Assembly: GCA_964016885.1 (NCBI GenBank) | Contig: OZ024740.1 | Span: 415,648,001 to 415,712,000, forward strand | Length of the DNA stretch: 64,000 nt | Source: Eledone cirrhosa | Taxonomy: Eukaryota | Direction of reading: 5' to 3' | Shown here: in pieces, positions 29,201-45,060 of the stretch | How positions within the stretch are numbered: the first letter of the stretch is position 1 | How the letters are laid out: the number at the start of each line of letters is the position of its first letter | Position numbers and translations under genes: made by a program | The notes under the pieces: model-generated | Databases searched by the model: none | What the model was told of the DNA's origin: nothing | Seen by the model: the letters and a program-made list of their open reading frames with translations, nothing else

Positions 29201-32200
29201 GGGTATGGACATATGTTGTGTATGGAGGATGACAGTGAATCAGATATAGTGTGTAAGAGAGAACACTGTGGGTATGGACATATGTTGTGTATGGGGGATG
29301 AGAGTAAATCAGGTATAGAGTGTAAGCGAGAACACTGTGGGTATGGACATATGTTGTGTATGGGGGAAGACAGTGAATCAGATATAGTGTGTAAGAGAGA
29401 ACACTGTGGGTATGGACATATGTTGTGTATGGGGGATGACAGTGAATCAGATATAGTGTGTAAGAGAGAACACTGTGGGTATGGACATATGTTGTGTATG
29501 GGGGATGACAGTGAATCAGATATAGTGTGTAAGAGAGAACACTCTGGGTATGGACATATGTTGTGTATGGGGGAAGACAGTGAATCAGATATAGTGTGTA
29601 AGAGAGAACACTGTGGGTATGGACATATGTTGTGTATGGGGGATGACAGTGAATCAGATATAGAGTGTAAGAGAGAACACTGTGGGTATGGACATATGTT
29701 GTGTATGGGGGATGACAGTGAATCAGATATAGTGTGTAAGAGAGATCACTGTGGGTATGGACATATGTTGTGTATGGGGGATGACAGTGAATCAGATATA
29801 GTGTGTAAGAGAGAACACTCTGGGTATGGACATATGTTGTGTATGGGGGATGACAGTTAATCAGATATAGTGTGTAAGAGAGAACACTGTGGGTATGGAC
29901 ATATATTGTGTATGAGGGATGACAATGAATCAGATATAGTGTGTAAGAGAGAACACTGTGGGTATGGACATATGTTGTGTAAGGGGGATGACAGGGAATC
30001 AGATATAGTGTGTAAGAGAGAACACTGTGGGTATGGACATATGTTGTGTATGGGGGATGACAGTGAATCAGATATAGTGTGTAAGAGAGAACACTGTGGG
30101 TATGGACATATGTTGTGTATGGGGGATGACAGTGAATCAGATATAGAGTGTAAGAGAGAACACTGTGGGTATGGACATATGTTGTGTATCGGAGATGACA
30201 GTAAATAAGTTATAGTGTGTAAGAGAGAACACTGAGGGTATGGACATATGTTGTGTATGGGGGATGACAGTAAATCAGATATAGTGTGTAAGAGACAACA
30301 CTGTGGGTATCGACATATGTTGTGTATGGTGGTTGACAGTGAATCAGATATAGTGTGTAAGAGAGAACACTGTGGCTATGGACATATGTTGTGTAAGGTG
30401 GTTGACAGTGAATCAGATATAGTGTGTAAGAGAGAACACTGTGGGTATGGACATATGTTGTGTATGGGGGATGACAGTCAATCAGATATAGTGTGTAAGA
30501 GAGAACACTGTGGGTATGGACATATGTTGTGTATGGGGGATGACAGTGAATCAAATATAGTGTGTAAGAGAGAACACTGTGGGTATGGACATATGTTGTA
30601 TATGGGGGACGACAGTGAATCAGATATAGTGTGTAAGAGAGAACACTGTGGGTATGGACATATGTTGTGTATGGGGGATGACAGTGAATCAAATATAGTG
30701 TGTAAGAGAGAACACTGTGGGTATGGACATATGTTGTATATGGGGGATGACAGTGAATCAGATATAGTGTGTAAGAGAGAACACTGTGGGTATGGACATA
30801 TGTTGTGTATGGGGGATGACAGTGAATCAGATATAGCGTGTAAGAGAGAACACTGTGGGTATGGACATATGTTGTGTATGGGGGATGACAGTGAATCAGA
30901 TATAGTGTGTAAGAGAGAACACTGTGGGTATGGACATATGTTGTGTATGGGGGATGACAGTGAATCAGATATAGTGTGTAAGAGAGAACACTGTGGGTAT
31001 GGACATATGTTGTGTATGGGGGATGACAGTGAATCAAATATAGTGTGTAGGAGAGAACACTGTGGGTGTGGACATATGTTGTGTATGGGGGATGACAGTG
31101 AATCAGATATAGTGTGTAAGAGAGTACACTGTGGGTATGCACATATGTTGTGTATGGGGGATGACAGTGGATCAAATATAGTGTGTAAGAGGGAACACTG
31201 TGGGTATGGACATATGTTGTGTATGGGGGATGACAGTGAATCAGATATAGTGTGTAAGAGAGAACACTGTGGGTATGGACATATGTTGTGTATGGTGGTT
31301 GACAGTGAATCAGATATAGTGTGTAAGAGAGAACACTGTGGGTATGGACATATGTTGTGTATGGGGGATGACAGTGAATCAAATATAGTGCGTAAGAGAG
31401 AACACCGTGGGTATGGACATATGTTGTGTATGGGGCATGACAGTGAATCAAATATAGTGTGTAAGAGAGAACACTGTGGGTATGGACATATGTTGTATAT
31501 GGGGGATGACAGTGAATCAGATATAGTGTGTAAGAGAGAACACTGTGGGTATGGACATATGTTGTGTATGGGGGATGACAGTGAATCAAATATAGTGTGT
31601 AAGAGAGAACACTGTGGGTATGGACATATGTTGTATATGGGGGATGACAGTGAATCAGATATAGTGTGTAAGAGAGAACACTGTGGGTATGGACATATGT
31701 TGTGTATGGGGGATGACAGTGAATCAGATATATAGTGTAAGAGAGAACACTGTGGGTATGGACATATGTTGTGTATGGGGGATGACAGTGAATCAGATAT
31801 AGTGTGTAAGAGAGAACACTGTGGGTATGGACATATGTTGTGTATGGGGGATGACAGTGAATCAAATATAGTGTTTAAGAGAGAACACTGTGGGTATGGA
31901 CATATGTTGTGTATGGGGGATGACAGTGAATCAGATATAGTGTGTAAGAGAGTACACTGTGGGTATGGACATATGTTGTGTATGGGGGATGACAGTGGAT
32001 CAAATATAGTGTGTAAGAGAGAACACTGTGGGTATGGACATATGTTGTGTATGGGGGATGACAGTTAATCAGATATAGTGTGTAAGAGAGAACACTGTGG
32101 GTATGGACATATGTTGTGTATGGTGGTTGACAGTGAATCAGATATAGTGTGTAAGAGAGAACACTGTGGGTATGGACATATGTTGTGTATGGGGGATGAC

Positions 32201-35200
32201 AGTGAATCAAATATAGTGTGTAAGAGAGAACACTCTGGGTATGGACATATGTTGTGTATGGGGGATGACAGTGAATCAGATATAGTGTCTAAGAGAGAAC
32301 ACTGTGGGTATGGACATATGTTGTGTATGGGGGATGACAGTGAATCAGATATAGAGTGTAAGAGAGAACACTGTGGGTATGGACATATGTTGTGTATGGG
32401 GGATGACAGTGAATAAGATATAGTGTGTAAGAGAGAACACTGTGGGTATGGACATATGTTGTGTATGGGGGATGACAGTGAATCAGATATAGTGTGTAAG
32501 AGAGAACACAGTGGGTATGGACATATGTTGTGTATGGGGGATGACAGTGAATCAGATATAGTGTGTAAGAGAGAACACTGTGGGTATGGACATATGTTGT
32601 GTATGGGGGAAGACAGTGAATCTGATATAGAGTGTAAGAGAGAACACTGTGGGTATGGACATATGTTGTGTATGGGGGATGACAGTGAATAAGATATAGT
32701 GTGTAAGAGAGAACACTGTTGGTATGGACATATGTTGTGTATTGGGGATGACAGTAAATCAGATATAGAGTGTAAGAGAGAACACTGTGTGTATGGACAT
32801 ATGTTGTGTATGGGGGATGACAGTGAAAAAGATATAGTGTGTAAGAGAGAACACTGTGGGTATGGACATATGTTGTGTATGGGGGATGACAGTGAATCAG
32901 ATATAGAGTGTAAGAGAGAACACTGTGGGTATGGACATATGTTGTGTATGGGGGATGACAGTGAATCAGATATAGTGTGTAAGAGAGAACACTGTGGGTA
33001 TGGACATATGTTGTGTATGGGGGATGACAGTGAATAAGATATAGTGTGTAAGAGGGAACACTCTGGGTATGGACATATGTTGTGTATGGGGGATGACAGT
33101 TAATCAGATATAGTGTGTAAGAGAGAACACTGTGGGTATGGACATATATTGTGTATGAGGGATGACAGTGAATCAGATATAGTGTGTAAGAGAGAACACT
33201 GTGGGTATGGACATATGTTGTGTATGGGGGATGACAGGGAATCAGATATAGTGTGTAAGAGAGAACACTGTGGGTATGGACATATGTTGTGTATGGGGGA
33301 TGACAGTGAATCAGATATAGTGTGTAAGAGAGAACACTGTGGGTATGGACATATGTTGTGTATGGGGGATGACAGTGAATCAGATATAGAGTGTAAGAGA
33401 GAACACTGTGGGTATGGACATATGTTGTGTATGGGAGATGACAGTAAATAAGTTATAGTGTGTAAGAGAGAACACTGAGGGTATGGACATATGTTGTGTA
33501 TGGGGGATGACAGTAAATCAGATATAGTGTGTAAGAGAGAATACTGTGGGTATGGACATATGTTGTGTATGGGGGATGACAGTAAATCAGATATAGAGTG
33601 TAAGAGAGAACACTGTGGGTATGGACATATGTTGTGTATGGGGATGACAGTGAATAAGATATAGTGTGTAAGAGAGAACACTGTGGGGATGGACATATGT
33701 TGTGTATGGGGGATGACAGTGAATCAGATATAGTGTGTAAGAGAGAACACTGTGGGTATGGACATATGTTGTGTATGGGGGATGACAGTGAATCAGATAT
33801 AGTATGTAAGAGAGAACACTGTGGGTTTGGACATATGTTGTGTATGGGGGATGACAGTGAATCAGATATAGTGTGTAAGAGAGAAAACTGTGGGTATGGA
33901 CATATGTTGTGTATGGGGGATGACAGTGAATCAGATATAGTGTGTAAGAGAGAACACTGTGGGTATGGACATATGTTGTGTATGGGGGAAGACAGTGAAT
34001 CAGATATAGTGTGTAAGGGTGAACACTGTCGGTATGGACATATGTTGTGTATGGGGGAAGACAGTGAATCATATATAGCGTGTAAGAGAGAACACTGTGG
34101 GTATGGACATATGTTGTGTATGGGGGATGACAGTGAATCAGATATAGAGTGTAAGAGAGAACACTGTGGGTATGGACATATGTTGTGTATGGGAGATGAC
34201 AGTAATTCAGATATAGAGTGTAAGAGAGAACACTGTGGGTATGGACATATGTTGTGTATGGGGGATGACAGTGAATCAGATATAGTGTGTAAGAGAGAAC
34301 ACTGTGGGTATGGACATATGTTGTGTATGGGGGATGACAGTGAATCAGATATAGTGTGTAAGAGAGAACACTGTGGGTATGGACATATGTTGTGTATGGG
34401 GGATGAGAGTAAATCAGATATAGAGTGTAAGCGAGAACACTGTGGTTATGGACATATGTTGTGTATGGGGGAAGACAGTGAATCAGATATAGTGTGTAAG
34501 AGAGAACACTGTGGGTATGGACATATGTTGTGTATGGGAGATGACAGTAATTCAGATATAGAGTGTAAGAGAGAACACTGTGGGTATGGACATATGTTGT
34601 GTATGGGGGATGACAGTGAATCAGATATAGTGTGTAAGAGAGAACACTGTGGGTATGGACATATGTTGTGTATGGGGGATGACAGTGAATCAGATATAGT
34701 GTGTAAGAGAGAACACTGTGGGTATGGACATATGTTGTGTATGGGGGATGAGAGTAAATCAGATATAGAGTGTAAGCGAGAACACTGTGGGTATGGACAT
34801 ATGTTGTGTATGGGGGAAGACAGTGAATCAGATATAGTGTGTAAGAGAGAACACTGTGGGTATGGACATATGTTGTGTATGGGGGATGACAGTGAATCAG
34901 ATATAGTGTGTAAGAGAGAACACTGTGGGTATGGACATATGTTGTGTATGGGGGATGACAGTGAATCAGATATAGTATGTAAGAGAGAACACTGTGGCTA
35001 TGGACATATGTTGTGTATGGGGGATGACAGTAAATCAGATATAGAGTGTAAGAGAGAACACTGTGGGTATGGACATATGTTGTGTATGGGGGATGACAGT
35101 GAATCAGATATTGTGTGTAAGAGAGAACACTGTGGGTATGGACATATGTTGTGTATGGGGCATGACAGTGAATCAGATATAGTATGTAAGAGAGAACACT

Positions 35201-35619
35201 GTGGCTATGGACATATGTTGTGTATGGGGGATGACAGTAAATCAGATATAGAGTGTAAGAGAGAACACTGTGGGTATGGACATATGTTGTGTATGGGGGA
35301 TGACAGTGAATCAGATATTGTGTGTAAGAGAGAACACTGTGGGTATGGACATATGTTGTGTATGGGGGATGACAGTGAATCAGATATAGTATGTACGAGA
35401 GAACACTGTGGGTATGGACATATGTTGTGTATGGGGGATGACAGTAAATCAGATATAGAGTGTAAGAGAGAACACTGTGGGTATGGACATATGTTGTGTA
35501 TGGGGGATGACAGTAATTCAGATATAGAGTGTAAGAGAGAACACTGTGGGTATGGACATATGTTGTGTATGGGGGATGACAGTGAATCAGATATAGTGTG
35601 TAAGAGAGAACACTGTGGG

Positions 35620-38600
35620 TATGGACATATGTTGTGTATGGGGGATGACAGTGAATCAGATATAGTGTGTAAGAGAGAACACTGTGGGTATGGACATATG
35701 TTGTGTATGGGGGATGAGAGTAAATCAGATATAGAGTGTAAGCGAGAACACTGTGGGTATGGACATATGTTGTGTATGGGGGAAGACAGTGAATCAGATA
35801 TAGTGTGTAAGAGAGAACACTGTGGGTATGGACATATGTTGTGTATGGGGGATGACAGTGAATCAGATATAGTGTGTAAGAGAGAACACTCTGGGTATGG
35901 ACATATGTTGTGTATGGGGGAAGACAGTAAATCAGATATAGTGTGTAAGAGAGAACACTGTGGGTATGGACATATGTTGTGTATGGGGGATGACAGTGAA
36001 TCAAATATAGTGTGTAAGAGAGAACACTGTGGGTATGGACATATGTTGTGTATGGGGGATGACAGTGAATCAGATATAGTATGTAAGAGAGAACACTGTG
36101 GGTTTGGACATATGTTGTGTATGGGGGATGACAGTGAATCAGATATAGTGTGTAAGAGAGAAAACTGTGGGTATGGACATATGTTGTGTATGGGGGATGA
36201 CAGTGAATCAGATATAGTGTGTAAGAGAGAACACTGTGGGTATGGACATATGTTGTGTATGGGGGAAGACAGTGAATCAGATATAGTGTGTAAGAGTGAA
36301 CACTGTCGGTATGGACATATGTTGTGTATGGGGGAAGACAGTGAATCATATATAGAGTGTAAGAGAGAACACTGTGGGAATGGACATATGTTGTGTATGG
36401 GGGATGACAGTGAATCAGATATAGAGTGTAAGAGAGAACACTGTGGGTATGGACATATGTTGTGTATGGGGGATGACAGTGAATCAGATATTGTGTGTAA
36501 GAGAGAACACTGTGGGTATGGACATATGTTGTGTATGGGGCATGACAGTGAATCAGATATAGTATGTAAGAGAGAACACTGTGGCTATGGACATATGTTG
36601 TGTATGGCGGATGACAGTAAATCAGATATAGAGTGTAAGAGAGAACACTGTGGGTATGGACATATGTTGTGTATGGGGGATGACAGTGAATCAGATATTG
36701 TGTGTAAGAGAGAACACTGTGGGTATGGACATATGTTGTGTATGGGGGATGACAGTGAATCAGATATAGTATGTACGAGAGAACACTGTGGGTATGGACA
36801 TATGTTGTGTATGGGGGATGACAGTAAATCAGATATAGAGTGTAAGAGAGAACACTGTGGGTATGTACATATGTTGTGTATGGGGGATGACAGTAATTCA
36901 GATATAGAGTGTAAGAGAGAACACTGTGGGTATGGACATATGTTGTGTATGGGGCATGACAGTGAATCAGATATAGTGTGTAAGAGAGAACACTGTGGGT
37001 ATGGACATATGTTGTGTATGGGGGATGACAGTGAATCAGATATAGTGTGTAAGAGAGAACACTGTGGGTATGGACATATGTTGTGTATGGGGGATGAGAG
37101 TAAATCAGATATAGAGTGTAAGCGAGAACACTGTGGGTATGGACATATGTTGTGTATGGGGGAAGACAGTGAATCAGATATAGTGTGTAAGAGAGAACAC
37201 TGTGGGTATGGACATATGTTGTGTATGGGGGATGACAGTGAATCAGATATAGTGTGTAAGAGAGAACACTGTGGGTATGGACATATGTTGTGTATGGGGG
37301 ATGACAGTGAATCAGATATAGTGTGTAAGAGAGAACACTCTGGGTATGGACATATGTTGTGTATGGGGGAAGACAGTGAATCAGATATAGTGTGTAAGAG
37401 AGAACACTGTAGGTATGGACATATGTTGTGTATGGGGGATGACAGTGAATCAGATATAGAGTGTAAGAGAGAACACTGTGGGTATGGACATATGTTGTGT
37501 ATGGGGGATGACAGTGAATCAGATATAGTGTGTAAGAGAGAACACTGTGGGTATGGACATATGTTGTGTATGGGGGATGACAGTGAATCAGATATAGTGT
37601 GTAAGAGAGAACACTGTGGGTATGGACATATGTTGTGTATGGGAGATGACAGTAAATAAGTTATAGTGTGTAAGAGAGAACACTGAGGGTATGGACATAT
37701 GTTGTGTATGGGGGATGACAGTAAATCAGATATAGTGTGTAAGAGACAACACTGTGGGTATGGACATATGTTGTGTATGGTGGTTGACAGTGAATCAGAT
37801 ATAGTGTGTAAGAGAGAACACTGTGGCTATGGACATATGTTGTGTAAGGTGGTTGACAGTGAATCAGATATAGTGTGTAAGAGAGAACACTGTGGGTATG
37901 GACATATGTTGTGTATGGGGGATGACAGTCAATCAGATATAGAGTGTAAGGAGAACACTGTGGGTATGGACATATGTTGTGTATGGGGGATGACAGTAAA
38001 TCAGATATAGTGTGTAAGAGAGAACACTGTGGGTATGGACATATGTTGTGTATGGGGGACGACAGTGAATCAGATATAGTGTGTAAGAGAGAACACTGTG
38101 GGTATGGACATATGTTGTGTATGGGGGATGACAGTGAATCAAATATAGTGTGTAAGAGAGAACACTGTGGGTATGGACATATGTTGTATATGGGGGATGA
38201 CAGTGAATCAGATATAGTGTGTAAGCGAGAACACTGCGGGTATGGACATATGTTGTGTATGGGGGAAGACAGTGAATCAGATATAGTGTGTAAGAGAGAA
38301 CACTGTGGGTATGGACATATGTTGTGTATGGGGGATGACAGTGAATCAGATATAGTGTGTAAGAGAGAACACTGTGGGTATGGACATATGTTGTGTATGG
38401 GGGATGACAGTGAATCAGATATAGTGTGTAAGAGAGAACACTGTGGGTATGGACATATGTTGTGTAAGGTGGTTGACAGTGAATCAGATATAGTGTGTAA
38501 GAGAGAACACTGTGGGTATGGACATATGTTGTGTATGGGGGATGACAGTGAATCAGATATAGTGTGTAAGAGAGAACACTGTGGGTATGGACATATGTTG

Positions 38601-41600
38601 TGTAAGGTGGTTGACAGTGAATCAGATATAGTGTGTAAGAGAGAACACTGTGGGTATGGACATATGTTGTGTATGGGGGATGACAGTCAATCAGATATAG
38701 AGTGTAAGGAGAACACTGTGGGTATGGACATATGTTGTGTATGGGGGATGACAGTAAATCAGATATAGTGTGTAAGAGAGAACACTGTGGGTATGGACAT
38801 ATGTTGTGTAAGGGGGATGACAGTGAATCAAATATAGTGTGTAAGAGAGAACACTGTGGGTATGGACATATGTTGTATATGGGGGACGACAGTGAATCAG
38901 ATATAGTGTGTAAGAGAGAACACTGTGGGTATGGACATATGTTGTGTATGGGGGATGACAGTGAATCAAATATAGTGTGTAAGAGAGAACACTGTGGGTA
39001 TGGACATATGTTGTATATGGGGGATGACAGTGAATCAGATATAGTGTGTAAGAGAGAACACTGTGGGTATGGACATATGTTGTGTATGGGGGATGACAGT
39101 GAATCAGATATAGAGTGTAAGAGAGAACACTGTGGGTATGGACATATGTTGTGTATGGGGGATGACAGTGAATCAGATATAGTGTGTAAGAGAGAACACT
39201 GTGGGTATGGACATATGTTGTGTATGGGGGATGACAGTGAATCAGATATAGTGTGTAAGCGAGAACACTGTGGGTATGGACATATGTTGTGTATGGGGGA
39301 AGACAGTGAATCAGATATAGTGTGTAAGAGAGAACACTGTGGGTATGGACATATGTTGTGTATGGGGGATGACAGTGAATCAGATATAGTGTGTAAGAGA
39401 CAACACTGTGGGTATGGACATATGTTGTGTATGGGGGATGACAGTGAATCAGATATAGAGTGTAAGAGAGAACACTGTGGGTATGGACATATGTTGTGTA
39501 TGGGAGATGACAGTAAATAAGTTATAGTGTGTAAGAGAGAACACTGAGGGTATGGACATATGTTGTGTATGGGGGATGACAGTAAATCAGATATAGTGTG
39601 TAAGAGACAACACTGTGGGTATGGACATATGTTGTGTATGGTGGTTGACAGTGAATCAGATATAGTGTGTAAGAGAGAACACTGTGGCTATGGACATATG
39701 TTGTGTAAGGTGGTTGACAGTGAATCAGATATAGTGTGTAAGAGAGAACACTGTGGGTATGGACATATGTTGTGTATGGGGGATGACAGTCAATCAGATA
39801 TAGAGTGTAAGGAGAACACTGTGGGTATGGACATATGTTGTGTATGGGGGATGACAGTAAATCAGATATAGTGTGTAAGAGAGAACACTGTGGGTATGGA
39901 CATATGTTGTGTATGGGGGATGACAGTGAATCAAATATAGTGTGTAAGAGAGAACACTGTGGGTATGGACATATGTTGTGTATGGGGGATGACAGTGACT
40001 TAGATATAGTATGTAAGAGAGAACACTGTGGGTTTGGACATATGTTGTGTATGGGGGATGACAGTGAATCAGATATAGTGTGTAAGAGAGAACACTGTGG
40101 GTATGGACATATGTTGTGTATGGGGATGACAGTGAATCAGATATTGTGTGTAAGAGAGAACACTGTGGGTATGGACATATGTTGTGTATGGGGCATGACA
40201 GTGAATCAGATATAGTATGTAAGAGAGAACACTGTGGCTATGGACATATGTTGTGTATGGGGCATGACAGTGAATCAGATATTGTGTGTAAGAGAGAACA
40301 CTGTGGGTATGGACATATGTTGTGTATGGGGGATGACAGTGAATCAGATATAGTATGTACGAGAGAACACTGTGGGTATGGACATATGTTGTGTATGGGG
40401 GATGACAGTGAATCAGATATAGTGTGTAAGAGAGAACACTGTGGGTATGGACATATGTTGTGTATGGGGGATGAGAGTAAATCAGATATAGAGTGTAAGC
40501 GAGAACACTGTGGGTATGGACATATGTTGTGTATGGGGGAAGACAGTGAATCAGATATAGTGTGTAAGAGAGAACACTGTGGGTATGGACATATGTTGTG
40601 TATGGGGGATGACAGTGAATCAGATATAGTGTGTAAGAGAGAACACTCTGGGTATGGACATATGTTGTGTATGGGGGAAGACAGTAAATCAGATATAGTG
40701 TGTAAGAGAGAACACTGTGGGTATGGACATATGTTGTGTATGGGGGATGACAGTGAATCAAATATAGTGTGTAAGAGAGAACACTGTGGGTATGGACATA
40801 TGTTGTGTATGGGGGATGACAGTGAATCAGATATAGTATGTAAGAGAGAACACTGTGGGTTTGGACATATGTTGTGTATGGGGGATGACAGTGAATCAGA
40901 TATAGTGTGTAAGAGAGAAAACTGTGGGTATGGACATATGTTGTGTATGGGGGATGACAGTGAATCAGATATAGTGTGTAAGAGAGAACACTGTGGGTAT
41001 GGACATATGTTGTGTATGGGGGAAGACAGTGAATCAGATATAGTGTGTAAGAGTGAACACTGTCGGTATGGACATATGTTGTGTATGGGGGAAGACAGTG
41101 AATCATATATAGAGTGTAAGAGAGAACACTGTGGGAATGGACATATGTTGTGTATGGGGGATGACAGTGAATCAGATATAGAGTGTAAGAGAGAACACTG
41201 TGGGTATGGACATATGTTGTGTATGGGGGATGACAGTGAATCAGATATTGTGTGTAAGAGAGAACACTGTGGGTATGGACATATGTTGTGTATGGGGCAT
41301 GACAGTGAATCAGATATAGTATGTAAGAGAGAACACTGTGGCTATGGACATATGTTGTGTATGGCGGATGACAGTAAATCAGATATAGAGTGTAAGAGAG
41401 AACACTGTGGGTATGGACATATGTTGTGTATGGGGGATGACAGTGAATCAGATATTGTGTGTAAGAGAGAACACTGTGGGTATGGACATATGTTGTGTAT
41501 GGGGGATGACAGTGAATCAGATATAGTATGTACGAGAGAACACTGTGGGTATGGACATATGTTGTGTATGGGGGATGACAGTAAATCAGATATAGAGTGT

Positions 41601-44600
41601 AAGAGAGAACACTGTGGGTATGTACATATGTTGTGTATGGGGGATGACAGTAATTCAGATATAGAGTGTAAGAGAGAACACTGTGGGTATGGACATATGT
41701 TGTGTATGGGGCATGACAGTGAATCAGATATAGTGTGTAAGAGAGAACACTGTGGGTATGGACATATGTTGTGTATGGGGGATGACAGTGAATCAGATAT
41801 AGTGTGTAAGAGAGAACACTGTGGGTATGGACATATGTTGTGTATGGGGGATGAGAGTAAATCAGATATAGAGTGTAAGCGAGAACACTGTGGGTATGGA
41901 CATATGTTGTGTATGGGGGAAGACAGTGAATCAGATATAGTGTGTAAGAGAGAACACTGTGGGTATGGACATATGTTGTGTATGGGGGATGACAGTGAAT
42001 CAGATATAGTGTGTAAGAGAGAACACTGTGGGTATGGACATATGTTGTGTATGGGGGATGACAGTGAATCAGATATAGTGTGTAAGAGAGAACACTCTGG
42101 GTATGGACATATGTTGTGTATGGGGGAAGACAGTGAATCAGATATAGTGTGTAAGAGAGAACACTGTAGGTATGGACATATGTTGTGTATGGGGGATGAC
42201 AGTGAATCAGATATAGAGTGTAAGAGAGAACACTGTGGGTATGGACATATGTTGTGTATGGGGGATGACAGTGAATCAGATATAGTGTGTAAGAGAGAAC
42301 ACTGTGGGTATGGACATATGTTGTGTATGGGGGATGACAGTGAATCAGATATAGTGTGTAAGAGAGAACACTGTGGGTATGGACATATGTTGTGTATGGG
42401 AGATGACAGTAAATAAGTTATAGTGTGTAAGAGAGAACACTGAGGGTATGGACATATGTTGTGTATGGGGGATGACAGTAAATCAGATATAGTGTGTAAG
42501 AGACAACACTGTGGGTATGGACATATGTTGTGTATGGTGGTTGACAGTGAATCAGATATAGTGTGTAAGAGAGAACACTGTGGCTATGGACATATGTTGT
42601 GTAAGGTGGTTGACAGTGAATCAGATATAGTGTGTAAGAGAGAACACTGTGGGTATGGACATATGTTGTGTATGGGGGATGACAGTCAATCAGATATAGA
42701 GTGTAAGGAGAACACTGTGGGTATGGACATATGTTGTGTATGGGGGATGACAGTAAATCAGATATAGTGTGTAAGAGAGAACACTGTGGGTATGGACATA
42801 TGTTGTGTATGGGGGACGACAGTGAATCAGATATAGTGTGTAAGAGAGAACACTGTGGGTATGGACATATGTTGTGTATGGGGGATGACAGTGAATCAAA
42901 TATAGTGTGTAAGAGAGAACACTGTGGGTATGGACATATGTTGTATATGGGGGATGACAGTGAATCAGATATAGTGTGTAAGCGAGAACACTGTGGGTAT
43001 GGACATATGTTGTGTATGGGGGAAGACAGTGAATCAGATATAGTGTGTAAGAGAGAACACTGTGGGTATGGACATATGTTGTGTATGGGGGATGACAGTG
43101 AATCAGATATAGTGTGTAAGAGAGAACACTGTGGGTATGGACATATGTTGTGTAAGGTGGTTGACAGTGAATCAGATATAGTGTGTAAGAGAGAACACTG
43201 TGGGTATGGACATATGTTGTGTATGGGGGATGACAGTGAATCAGATATAGTGTGTAAGAGAGAACACTGTGGGTATGGACATATGTTGTGTAAGGTGGTT
43301 GACAGTGAATCAGATATAGTGTGTAAGAGAGAACACTGTGGGTATGGACATATGTTGTGTATGGGGGATGACAGTCAATCAGATATAGAGTGTAAGGAGA
43401 ACACTGTGGGTATGGACATATGTTGTGTATGGGGGATGACAGTAAATCAGATATAGTGTGTAAGAGAGAACACTGTGGGTATGGACATATGTTGTGTAAG
43501 GGGGATGACAGTGAATCAAATATAGTGTGTAAGAGAGAACACTGTGGGTATGGACATATGTTGTATATGGGGGACGACAGTGAATCAGATATAGTGTGTA
43601 AGAGAGAACACTGTGGGTATGGACATATGTTGTGTATGGGGGATGACAGTGAATCAAATATAGTGTGTAAGAGAGAACACTGTGGGTATGGACATATGTT
43701 GTATATGGGGGATGACAGTGAATCAGATATAGTGTGTAAGAGAGAACACTGTGGGTATGGACATATGTTGTGTATGGGGGATGACAGTGAATCAGATATA
43801 GAGTGTAAGAGAGAACACTGTGGGTATGGACATATGTTGTGTATGGGGGATGACAGTGAATCAGATATAGTGTGTAAGAGAGAACACTGTGGGTATGGAC
43901 ATATGTTGTGTATGGGGGATGACAGTGAATCAGATATAGTGTGTAAGCGAGAACACTGTGGGTATGGACATATGTTGTGTATGGGGGAAGACAGTGAATC
44001 AGATATAGTGTGTAAGAGAGAACACTGTGGGTATGGACATATGTTGTGTATGGGGGATGACAGTGAATCAGATATAGTGTGTAAGAGACAACACTGTGGG
44101 TATGGACATATGTTGTGTATGGGGGATGACAGTGAATCAGATATAGAGTGTAAGAGAGAACACTGTGGGTATGGACATATGTTGTGTATGGGAGATGACA
44201 GTAAATAAGTTATAGTGTGTAAGAGAGAACACTGAGGGTATGGACATATGTTGTGTATGGGGGATGACAGTAAATCAGATATAGTGTGTAAGAGACAACA
44301 CTGTGGGTATGGACATATGTTGTGTATGGTGGTTGACAGTGAATCAGATATAGTGTGTAAGAGAGAACACTGTGGCTATGGACATATGTTGTGTAAGGTG
44401 GTTGACAGTGAATCAGATATAGTGTGTAAGAGAGAACACTGTGGGTATGGACATATGTTGTGTATGGGGGATGACAGTCAATCAGATATAGAGTGTAAGG
44501 AGAACACTGTGGGTATGGACATATGTTGTGTATGGGGGATGACAGTAAATCAGATATAGTGTGTAAGAGAGAACACTGTGGGTATGGACATATGTTGTGT

Positions 44601-45060
44601 ATGGGGGATGACAGTGAATCAAATATAGTGTGTAAGAGAGAACACTGTGGGTATGGACATATGTTGTGTATGGGGGATGACAGTGACTTAGATATAGTAT
44701 GTAAGAGAGAACACTGTGGGTTTGGACATATGTTGTGTATGGGGGATGACAGTGAATCAGATATAGTGTGTAAGAGAGAACACTGTGGGTATGGACATAT
44801 GTTGTGTATGGGGGATGACAGTGAATCAGATATTGTGTGTAAGAGAGAACACTGTGGGTATGGACATATGTTGTGTATGGGGCATGACAGTGAATCAGAT
44901 ATAGTATGTAAGAGAGAACACTGTGGCTATGGACATATGTTGTGTATGGGGCATGACAGTGAATCAGATATTGTGTGTAAGAGAGAACACTGTGGGTATG
45001 GACATATGTTGTGTATGGGGGATGACAGTGAATCAGATATAGTATGTACGAGAGAACACT
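35620..45060. repeat. Tandem duplication of a ~4.7-kb (68-69 monomer) block
   Basis: The offset is 4757 (69x69-4) for ORFs 37699/42456 and 37974/42731, then 4688 (68x69-4) for 38732/43420 and 39560/44248. Shared markers include GGGAATGG, ATGGCGGATG, TGTAGGTATGG and GTGACTTAG. Confidence 0.9.
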
